Origin: PVC group bacterium
Lineage (GTDB): Bacteria; GCA-001730085; JADFSZ01
Direction of reading: 5' to 3'
Assembly (NCBI GenBank): GCA_022560555.1
Contig: JADFSZ010000081.1
Location: 1-7,726 of the forward strand
Length of the DNA: 7,726 nucleotides
This document shows, in pieces, positions 1-5,969 of this stretch. Every line of letters starts with the position of its first letter. The stretch's first letter is position 1. Both the position numbers and the translations under genes were made by a program. The notes beneath the pieces are model-generated. The model was not told where the DNA came from, made no database searches, and worked only from the letters and a program-made list of their open reading frames with translations.

Positions 1-1
1 G

Positions 2-688
2 TATAATGATTTGTATATTCGCAGCACTGTCGCTGTCGATTCATTTTCAGTAAGAGTCACGGTGAATTCTTCAAATTGCATCTATGACATTACCGATAAA
101 TTGACCGGTGTGACTGCTACAAAAGTTGATCATTATACTTGGGATATCTATTCCACTTCTGACTTTGATACTCTGGAGGCAGGTGGATCATTGATTAAGA
201 TTTGTCGAGTTGAAGAAGGTCACAAAGATGGTTGTGGTGGGACTCCTCACTTAGTGACCATGGGTTTTGCATTAAGTACTCCGAAAATGTGGGATACCCT
301 AGGTACTGAACATTTTGTTGCCCTTGATGTAACGAGCTCACAAGCAAGATGTGGCGTTGCCATTTTGCCATGTGGCGACTGTATGGGGTCCCCTCCGAGA
401 AAACAGAGTGATGAGCCCAATTTGCCAAAAGAATTTGCTCTTCACCAGAATTATCCAAATCCATTCAATCCGACTACGACAATTTCATTTGACTTACCAA
501 TCGCAACTGATTATAAGTTGATCATTTACAATGTCTTGGGTCAAGAAGTCAAAAGCTTCGCTGGACATGGTCAGGCAGGTACAGTTAATGTAGACTGGGA
601 TGCCAATGACTATTCAAGTGGGTTATACTTTTATAAACTTGAAGCTGGTGACTTTACAGACAAAAAGAAAATGCTGTTAATTAAGTAG
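2..688 (+). CDS. T9SS (Por) C-terminal sorting domain-containing secreted protein, 5'-truncated by the window edge
   Basis: The frame is open from nt 2 with no upstream stop, so the listed TTG at 11 is probably internal. The last ~85 aa (LPKEFALHQNYPNPFNPTTTISFDLP..YKLIIYNVLGQEV..VDWDANDYSSGLYFYKLEAGDFTDKKKMLLIK) match, from memory, the type-A T9SS C-terminal sorting domain consensus (TIGR04183-like). The stop is TAG at 686-688. The visible region upstream of that domain is Cys-containing (C..C..CGG..C..CGDC) and I recognise no domain in it. Confidence 0.85.
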   Translation, partial: YNDLYIRSTVAVDSFSVRVTVNSSNCIYDITDKLTGVTATKVDHYTWDIYSTSDFDTLEAGGSLIKICRVEEGHKDGCGGTPHLVTMGFALSTPKMWDTLGTEHFVALDVTSSQARCGVAILPCGDCMGSPPRKQSDEPNLPKEFALHQNYPNPFNPTTTISFDLPIATDYKLIIYNVLGQEVKSFAGHGQAGTVNVDWDANDYSSGLYFYKLEAGDFTDKKKMLLIK

Positions 689-1093
689 TTCAAGTGAACA
701 TATAGCTTTGAAGGTATCGCATGATTGCATAAGTGTGAGCCAACGAGATTCATGTAACCTATATATCCTAAGAGTTTCATCATACTTCTGTACACCCTTA
801 GACTCTTCAGCCATAGCTTTCGCAAAATCATTAGCTAACCTCTGTTGTTTATAAAATATAAATCTATTTCTATACCTTTTATTTCTTCTAGCTTCCACAT
901 TTTTTATGCTTGCCTGTATAAAACCAACCTTATTCATACAGAATACATAATTCTCACCCCAATATGCATGACAAGCTCTTAAATCATTAACAGATAATTC
1001 AGTTATATCTTGTGGTAAACGAAACTTTTCATCATCAAAATAATGGAATACATCTATAATACCATCTGCGATTGATACTTTGTTTTTAGACAT
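677..1093 (-). CDS. hypothetical 138-aa protein (no signal peptide or TM, predicted helical) inside an AT-rich segment
   Basis: The ATG at 1093 overlaps the upstream stop by 8 nt (ATGTCTAA). The stop is TAA at 677-679. There is no clear SD, which is consistent with translational coupling. Hand-counted GC is ~23-32% here versus ~50% in the adjacent ROK genes. I cannot assign a family securely. There is only a weak by-eye resemblance to phage UvsY-type mediators (see findings). Confidence 0.55.
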   Translation of the reverse strand: MSKNKVSIADGIIDVFHYFDDEKFRLPQDITELSVNDLRACHAYWGENYVFCMNKVGFIQASIKNVEARRNKRYRNRFIFYKQQRLANDFAKAMAEESKGVQKYDETLRIYRLHESRWLTLMQSCDTFKAICSLELLN

Positions 1094-1820
1094 AAGACAT
1101 ATCCAAGTCTTCAGGTTTAAGCAATGATTCTATTTCTAAAGTAGGTTTTTCTCTTCTATCGAGAATACATACAATTCTTTCTGGATGAATACCATTTTTA
1201 CTTAATGCTTCAAGAGCCATTTTAATAGCCGAACTATCTTTAGTGAAATGAACATTATTCTTTTCAAAAATTTTAGGTATTGACGTTAATACTTTCAGAT
1301 CTTTTTGCCCAAGAAGCGTCGGCCAACGAATGGTCCGCTCTTTTTTGTCCACAACACCAGGCAAACCCAATCCGATTCCAATAATATGTTCCTTCTCAAT
1401 TTTCGATGTTTTCAGGAGTTCATCAACCGCCTCCGTCATCTCTGTGATCGTTTCCTCATTATTCTCAAGAGATTTTCTATCTTTTTTCACTTCATGAACT
1501 ACCTCCAGCGTGATGTTAACAAGGACGACAACGATGTTATACATATTCAGCCCGAGACCAATAACATATCCGGTTTCAGAATTGAGATGAATCAGTGCCG
1601 GACGACGGCCGCCTTCGGATATATCGTGACCACGTTCTCTGACGAGATCTTTTTTAATATAGCTGTTGACATAGTTGGAGACGGTGGCCAAATTCATTTG
1701 AACGGCTTGGGCAATATCGGCCTTTGATATCGGCTGAAGTTTGCGTATCGAATCCATTATAAATAAATTTCGCCTTTGACGTTCGGTAAGCGGCTCATCT
1801 TGATAGAGAATATTTTTCAT
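1086..1820 (-). CDS. truncated ROK-family regulator paralog (winged-HTH plus N-terminal ROK lobe only, with an unrelated ~55-aa tail); possibly a decaying duplicate
   Basis: The first ~185 aa align colinearly with the 406-aa ROK next door at roughly half identity by eye: MKNI.Y.D..LT.R.R.NL, SEGGRRP, GY.IGLGLNM, GIG.GLPG..D..ERTIRWP. The protein ends at 244 aa and lacks the ENDA and G..G.AGE.G motifs and the whole C-terminal lobe. Homology and GC content both drop near nt 1250-1320. Confidence 0.7.
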   Translation of the reverse strand: MKNILYQDEPLTERQRRNLFIMDSIRKLQPISKADIAQAVQMNLATVSNYVNSYIKKDLVRERGHDISEGGRRPALIHLNSETGYVIGLGLNMYNIVVVLVNITLEVVHEVKKDRKSLENNEETITEMTEAVDELLKTSKIEKEHIIGIGLGLPGVVDKKERTIRWPTLLGQKDLKVLTSIPKIFEKNNVHFTKDSSAIKMALEALSKNGIHPERIVCILDRREKPTLEIESLLKPEDLDMSYV

Positions 1821-1858
1821 AATACATTTTACGTTCTTTTAGCTCTCTTAATTTTGTA

Positions 1859-3079
1859 TTACGATTTCATAAAAATATTTTGCGAAACAACGCATGACAC
1901 GCCTAAAGCAACAGCCTTTTCGGCAAACTGAGCGGGGACGATCCTCAGAACTCTGTTCACTTCATCAATTGTCCATTTTTTCACGGTGGTCTTGATAGCA
2001 TCCATGAGAAGAGAACCGGCCGCCTCCAATCCACCGCCGATAACAACGATTTCCGGATTAAGCAAATTTACGAGAAAAGCAATTTTACGCCCAAGATTTA
2101 TACCCCCATTCTCAACGAGACTTTGAGAAAGCTCATCCCCGTTTTTTGCGGACTGAAAAATGTCATTGAGCGTCAAACTATTGATATCCTTTTTAGCCTT
2201 TTCGGACAAACTCCACGACACATTATCTTTCGCGACCCTTTTGGCTTGATCCAGGATTCCTATATCCATATTCCAACGTCCCAACCCATAGGCTTCCTCT
2301 TGAAGCTCATCCATGGATTCTTCCGAAAGATTCGCTATTCCCAATTCTCCCGCACATCCGGATGATCCATGAAAGATTTGCCCGTTGATAATGATGCCGC
2401 ATCCTACACCAGAAAACATATAGAGCATGTTTTTCACATCCGACTGAAACCCAAGCCATTTTTCACCAAAAACAGCCGACGTCGCGTCATTCTCAACTGT
2501 CGTCGGAATATCGAATTTTTTTCGAAACATATCCTCGACAGAAACCGTGACCATAATGTCTTCGGTTCCTAATTTGCCCGGCCACCGAATTGTCCTCTCT
2601 CTTTCATCAATAATTCCCGGCAATCCGATACCGATTCCGAGGATTTTATCCCGGCTGACGTCTGTGTCCTTAATAAGCTCATCAACAATTTCCATCATGA
2701 CATAGAGACATTCCTCGCTGTTTTCTAAAGATGGCTTGTCGCGACGAACTTCTTTGATGATCTCCACACTCAAATTGGTTATCACGCCGACAATATCCTC
2801 CATATTCAGCCCTAATCCAATGATGTATCCTGAGTTAGGATTTAGTTCGATCAGCATAGGACGGCGGCCGCCTTCGGACACGTCATACCCTTTTTCGAAA
2901 ACCATTTTTTGCTCAATATAATGATTCACGTAATTCGTAATCGTTACAATGTTCAGTCCCACATTTTTTGAAATCTCCGTTTTTGTGATAGGGCCCTCTT
3001 TTCTGATGGTCTCCAGAATCGCAAGGTTTTTGCGTTCTCTGTCTGTCAGAATTTTGTCCTTATATACGATGTTTTTCAT
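1859..3079 (-). CDS. ROK-family transcriptional regulator (NagC/Mlc/XylR class), atypical in lacking the Zn-binding His/Cys motif
   Basis: It has an N-terminal wHTH (ILETIRKEGPITKTEISKNVGLNIVTITNYVNHY). The ROK core motifs are present: IIGLGLN replaces the kinase DxGxT motif, as in repressors, followed by VENDATSAVFGEKWLG and SGVGCGIIINGQIFHGSSGCAGELG. An SD (GGAG, 3088-3091) lies 8 nt before the ATG at 3079. That ATG overlaps the upstream TGA as ATGA. Confidence 0.9.
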   Translation of the reverse strand: MKNIVYKDKILTDRERKNLAILETIRKEGPITKTEISKNVGLNIVTITNYVNHYIEQKMVFEKGYDVSEGGRRPMLIELNPNSGYIIGLGLNMEDIVGVITNLSVEIIKEVRRDKPSLENSEECLYVMMEIVDELIKDTDVSRDKILGIGIGLPGIIDERERTIRWPGKLGTEDIMVTVSVEDMFRKKFDIPTTVENDATSAVFGEKWLGFQSDVKNMLYMFSGVGCGIIINGQIFHGSSGCAGELGIANLSEESMDELQEEAYGLGRWNMDIGILDQAKRVAKDNVSWSLSEKAKKDINSLTLNDIFQSAKNGDELSQSLVENGGINLGRKIAFLVNLLNPEIVVIGGGLEAAGSLLMDAIKTTVKKWTIDEVNRVLRIVPAQFAEKAVALGVSCVVSQNIFMKS

Positions 3080-4998
3080 GGCGAAAGCTCCTTTTGATTA
3101 ATTTGTTCGAGAGTTGCATTCCCGGAGGCCTGTTGCTTTTTGCCCTTCAAAACGATATCGTCCAGACCTAAAATACTTTTTGTTGAGGTCTTCGAAGTCA
3201 CCTCAAACGCTATGCCGATAATAGCGTCCGTATCAAACACATTGTTTCCGTAAGTAACTCCATCGTTACGATCTCTGGAGAAATCATCCGGCAAACGGAA
3301 TGTGTATGAATTCCATTTTACATCTCTGGCAAATATCGGAATTTCATACATTTCCCCTTCCTTGTCCTTTACTTTAATTTTTAGAACATTTGATGATCCG
3401 TCTCCTAAAAACCGGACAGTAAAATTTTCAAATGGACTCCAATCCTGCTCAATCATGAATTTTCTTTCAATTTTTCCCATCGCGATACGTGTATCCGTCT
3501 CGGGTGTGAAGATGATTTGCATATAATCATTTCCGTCTTCTTGATTGATCCATTTTTTCTCAATCTCGGCCTTCTGAGAAATTTTATATTCATCCCAGTA
3601 AGCGGTCTCAAACTTAATATGTGTCGTTTCAAAATCATCCACAATCGGGACGAAATGAAAATCGGGTTCATAATTTAAGGAGGCAAGCAGATTATTCGCG
3701 GGAGACAATTTCTGATCCATGCAAAACGGGTTAAATTGATTTTTCGCGAAAATAAACCACGAAGTTCCCGCGACGGACAAAGGACGATCCTGCATCAGCC
3801 AGCTGCCGAACACCGGTGTCCCTTCGTTCGTGGCATAAGGCAGTCCTTTGGCTCCCTTATGTTTTTCGCTTTTTGTTTCGGCTTTTTTTAGTTCGCCCAG
3901 AAAATACTCGGCTTTTTTTGTTTCCCCCGCAACAAACAGGGCAACAACCATATGCCCCGTACCTTCCAGCCAGACAGCATCTTTATCCGGATAAGGACTC
4001 GTGTCATAGGCCGAGCCAAAATCAAATCCATCGATGAGGACATCATTAACTTCATAGCGATGCTGACATTGAGAGTACTTGTAGGCAAAATCAAAAGTGT
4101 TTTTATATTTTTCTCCAAGACTTAGAACCGCCCAGGATGATTGGTCTGTCGCGTAAAATTTGTTATTGCGCCCCATATTAAAGCGTGTTTGCCGGGCGTT
4201 CCACGCGTCATGCTCAAGCCAGAATTGGATATCCTTGGCGCGTTTTAGATAAAGGTCCTGATCCCATAATCTTCCGAAGTCACGCAAGGCGGCAAAACAG
4301 TCAAAATTATGCTCGGACGAAATCCAAGTCATAGGCAAGCCGTTCCCGTAATAACCGCCGATGATTCCCCCATTGATGCTTTGGAGGTGTAAAAGCCAAT
4401 CGGCAAGTTTTTTCGAAAGATCAAAATACGTCCGATCGCCTGTCTTATACGTGTAGTAGTTCAGGGCCATCAGCAGCCATCCATTGGGCCCGGCGGCCCA
4501 TGTTTCATGTTCCTTCCCGGTCCGCTCATAGGCGTCCGTAAAAGCCCGAAAATAACCAATGGTCTTTCTTTGTTTAAGCGATTGTTTGTGAAAAAAATCG
4601 AAGATACGCTTCGCGCGGGGAAAGTCATCAAAATAAGTAAAGACAAATGCGGACAGGGCTTGGTCATACACAAAACAGCTATCCCATCCTTCGTAGGATG
4701 GAACAAGTCCTGTCCCTTTCAAGCTCCAGGAAAGGAACTCCTTCAAACCGATCTCTTTGATAATTTGCCCATTTTTACCAAAATTGAAAATATCTTTTGG
4801 ATGCAAAACATTTTTGTCCTGTTGTCCCGCGAACCAAAGATAATTCAGATCTGCACTGACAAGGGGTCGGCGCGCCCTATGGAAATTCCAAAAAAGCCCA
4901 AGGTAAATAAGGGCGATGAAAAGACACACGGAAATGAATATTTTAAATACGGTTTTCGTTATGAGAGTAGAGAATATACGTTTAACATTTTTCATCAT
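3076..4998 (-). CDS. signal-anchored alpha/alpha-toroid (six-hairpin glycosidase-like or prenyltransferase-repeat-like) protein with a C-terminal CBM11-like beta-sandwich
   Basis: A 640-aa ORF. The N-terminal basic stretch is followed by one hydrophobic helix (VFKIFISVCLFIALIYLGLFWNF). The ~380-aa middle region is rich in W/Y/F helix pairs, including a QW-like repeat (KKLADWLLHLQSINGG) and GPNGWLLMALNYYTYKTGD. The last ~150 aa (DWSPFENFTVRFLGDGSSNVLKIKVKD...WNSYTFRLPDDF...IIGIAFEV...LGLDDIVLKG) align by eye with the two upstream CBM-like proteins. There is no SD before the ATGATG start. The catalytic function is not established. Confidence 0.8.
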   Translation of the reverse strand: MMKNVKRIFSTLITKTVFKIFISVCLFIALIYLGLFWNFHRARRPLVSADLNYLWFAGQQDKNVLHPKDIFNFGKNGQIIKEIGLKEFLSWSLKGTGLVPSYEGWDSCFVYDQALSAFVFTYFDDFPRAKRIFDFFHKQSLKQRKTIGYFRAFTDAYERTGKEHETWAAGPNGWLLMALNYYTYKTGDRTYFDLSKKLADWLLHLQSINGGIIGGYYGNGLPMTWISSEHNFDCFAALRDFGRLWDQDLYLKRAKDIQFWLEHDAWNARQTRFNMGRNNKFYATDQSSWAVLSLGEKYKNTFDFAYKYSQCQHRYEVNDVLIDGFDFGSAYDTSPYPDKDAVWLEGTGHMVVALFVAGETKKAEYFLGELKKAETKSEKHKGAKGLPYATNEGTPVFGSWLMQDRPLSVAGTSWFIFAKNQFNPFCMDQKLSPANNLLASLNYEPDFHFVPIVDDFETTHIKFETAYWDEYKISQKAEIEKKWINQEDGNDYMQIIFTPETDTRIAMGKIERKFMIEQDWSPFENFTVRFLGDGSSNVLKIKVKDKEGEMYEIPIFARDVKWNSYTFRLPDDFSRDRNDGVTYGNNVFDTDAIIGIAFEVTSKTSTKSILGLDDIVLKGKKQQASGNATLEQINQKELSP

Positions 4999-5026
4999 TT
5001 AAAAAAAGGACCCTGATCTGATCTTT

Positions 5027-5061
5027 TAGTCTCTAGACTCTGGTTTCTAGCGAATGAGGTA
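5027..5061 (-). repeat. tandem heptamer array TAGTCTC TAGACTC TGGTTTC TAGCGAA TGAGGTA (plus strand), preceded by TGATC TGATC (5014-5023)
   Basis: Read directly. It is in the same 7-nt phase as the 5133-5167 array, since 5139-5027 = 112 = 16x7. In mRNA sense it reads UAG-N4-CAG-N4-UAG-N4-UAA. Confidence 0.55.
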
Positions 5062-5075
5062 GCCCGGGATGTTAA

Positions 5076-5123
5076 TCTTCGGGATGCCGAAGAACTTCCT
5101 GAGAAGCGAGCTTCATTCGGCAT
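5076..5123 (-). promoter_or_regulatory. cluster of self-complementary CTTCGG/CCGAAG words that can form mutually exclusive hairpins
   Basis: Stem B is TCTTCGG(5076-5082)-gatg-CCGAAGA(5087-5093), 7 bp. Stem A is ATGCCGAA(5084-5091)-N24-TTCGGCAT(5116-5123), 8 bp. The two share nt 5084-5093, so they cannot coexist. Smaller GAAGC/GCTTC and GAAG/CTTC pairs lie inside the loop of stem A. Each stem alone is within chance expectation for a 7.7-kb window. Confidence 0.4.
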
Positions 5124-5125
5124 AT

Positions 5126-5167
5126 TTTCTTGCTTCTGTCTTCTGTCTTTTATCTTCTAGCCTCTAG
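5126..5167 (-). repeat. tandem heptamer array: plus strand (tttcttg) CTTCTGT CTTCTGT CTTTTAT CTTCTAG CCTCTAG; mRNA sense CUAGAGG CUAGAAG AUAAAAG ACAGAAG ACAGAAG CAAGAAA
   Basis: Read directly. Two units are exact and three or four are degenerate, all with a 7-nt period. The array is purine-rich in the sense of the flanking genes. Confidence 0.75.
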
Positions 5168-5190
5168 TTTTTTTACCTTGATTTTCCCAA

Positions 5191-5227
5191 ATTACGATTT
5201 ACCATTTACGATTTACGGTCTTTACGG
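5191..5227 (-). repeat. tandem heptamer array ATTACGA TTTACCA TTTACGA TTTACGG tc TTTACGG (plus strand); mRNA sense CCGUAAA ga CCGUAAA UCGUAAA UGGUAAA UCGUAAU
   Basis: Read directly. The 11-mer TTACGATTTAC occurs twice (5192-5202 and 5206-5216). The last unit contains the TAA stop of the 223-aa gene (5222-5224). Confidence 0.7.
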
Positions 5228-5893
5228 TGCCGTCGAAAATACAAAATCATCAATATATAGAATAGCCCCGGGCTTGTTTTTCAAACTTTTATCAAAAGTG
5301 ATAGACACAGATACAAGTTTGTCTAAATCCACTTTTTTGCTGACAGGACCAAGGGGAATTTTTATTTTTTTCCAAGATTTTGTTGCTTTGGACGCTTTTG
5401 ATTTATATTGCGGAAGATAACTTTCTGCATACATATCACGGAATGAAACAGTGATCGTTTCTCCTCCTTTTTCTCCTTTGAGCCAAAATGTGAGATATTT
5501 AAACTCTGACACATCCAATGGTTTGACTTGTACCGGTTCTCTCGCTTCATCCAAGGCAGGGCCAAGCTGTATCGAAAAACTCCCCCACTCCATATTTTTC
5601 CCAAGCCCCATCGCGTGAACCAAACGATAAGAGGCTTTTCCCTTGTGAATATTTTTGGACTTAAAATTCTTAGTATCCTTAATGGATTTATCGTAGAACC
5701 ATGAGTAGGGATTTTCTGTCGCGTTCCAATCGGGTTCTAAGGATCCATAGGATCCATTTTCCCCTTGAACGTTGTTTTCCCAAACTTCGAAATCAGCGAC
5801 AACGAGAGTATTCGACGCCCAAGCAGGACAGACCCCGAACAATAAAAATATGAGAAAGACCGCTTTCAGATTTTTCATAAGCATGACATACAT
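5222..5893 (-). CDS. secreted stand-alone CBM11-like (galactose-binding-like beta-sandwich) protein, paralog B
   Basis: The signal peptide is MKNLKAVFLIFLLFGVCPAWA|SN. The real start is probably the third ATG, at 5878, and none of the three ATGs has a clear SD. The motif order is ADFE.W..N, then GSYGSLEPDW, ASYRL, WGSF, DVSEFKYLTFWLKGEKGG, SWKKIKIPL, DLDKLVSVSITF and AILYIDDFVFS. This parallels the CBM11 pattern I recall from C. thermocellum Lic26A-Cel5E (DNFEG..W..DWS..L.F.IK..W..I.IPF..DL.NI..I.F..G.f.vDNI). Confidence 0.85.
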   Translation of the reverse strand: MYVMLMKNLKAVFLIFLLFGVCPAWASNTLVVADFEVWENNVQGENGSYGSLEPDWNATENPYSWFYDKSIKDTKNFKSKNIHKGKASYRLVHAMGLGKNMEWGSFSIQLGPALDEAREPVQVKPLDVSEFKYLTFWLKGEKGGETITVSFRDMYAESYLPQYKSKASKATKSWKKIKIPLGPVSKKVDLDKLVSVSITFDKSLKNKPGAILYIDDFVFSTAP

Positions 5894-5913
5894 CTTTTAT
5901 ACGCGGTGTACCC

Positions 5914-5941
5914 GGTTCCGTGACAGATTTTTCACGGAACC
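5914..5941 (-). promoter_or_regulatory. perfect 10-bp inverted repeat or hairpin (GGTTCCGTGA-N8-TCACGGAACC) between the two CBM-like paralogs
   Basis: Read directly from the sequence: 5914-5923 is the exact reverse complement of 5932-5941, with the 8-nt loop cagatttt. No U-tract follows on either strand, so it is not a canonical intrinsic terminator. Confidence 0.6.
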
Positions 5942-5969
5942 AGCCTAAACAATTGAAATGCATCAAACC

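Noticed and set aside
195-831. Minus-strand ORFs 195..464 and 631..831
   Set aside because: The first is antisense to the T9SS cargo CDS. The second is off-frame within, and extends out of, the 138-aa ORF region. Neither has supporting signals.
1601-2880. 14-nt identity (CGGCCGCCTTCGGA) between the two ROK genes, including a GCGGCCGC site, as evidence of gene conversion or a repeat element
   Set aside because: It encodes the conserved SEGGRRP motif in both paralogs. The flanking DNA is diverged, so conserved coding sequence is the simpler explanation.
1305-2921. Plus-strand ORFs 1305..1727, 2123..2365, 2369..2572 and 2736..2921
   Set aside because: They lie entirely antisense to the two ROK genes, whose products carry clear family motifs. 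Their translations are low-complexity with no RBS or recognisable motifs, so they are shadow ORFs.
4998-5010. The U7A3 run (CCUUUUUUUAAAUGAUG) as a programmed -1 frameshift site fusing the uORF to the 640-aa protein
   Set aside because: In the 640-aa frame the codon immediately upstream of its ATG is TAA (5001-4999). A -1 shift on the U-run would therefore terminate at once, and no fusion product is possible.
3302-5016. Plus-strand ORFs 3302..3526, 3816..4037 and 4507..5016, and same-strand off-frame ORFs 3453..3671, 3888..4118 and 4470..4706
   Set aside because: All are nested in the 640-aa CDS. That CDS is a single long uninterrupted frame with a coherent domain layout, and the nested ORFs have no independent start signals.
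5130-5604. Plus-strand ORF 5130..5420 (96 aa) and off-frame minus-strand ORF 5362..5604
   Set aside because: The first starts in the repeat-rich spacer and runs antisense into the 223-aa CDS. The second is an alternative frame of that same CDS. Neither has an SD or a plausible protein sequence.
5076-5941. The hairpins at 5076-5123 and 5914-5941 as Rho-independent terminators
   Set aside because: Neither is followed by a U-tract in the minus (mRNA) sense. On the plus strand only the stem at 5084-5123 has a weak T-rich trailer, and there is no plus-strand gene to terminate.
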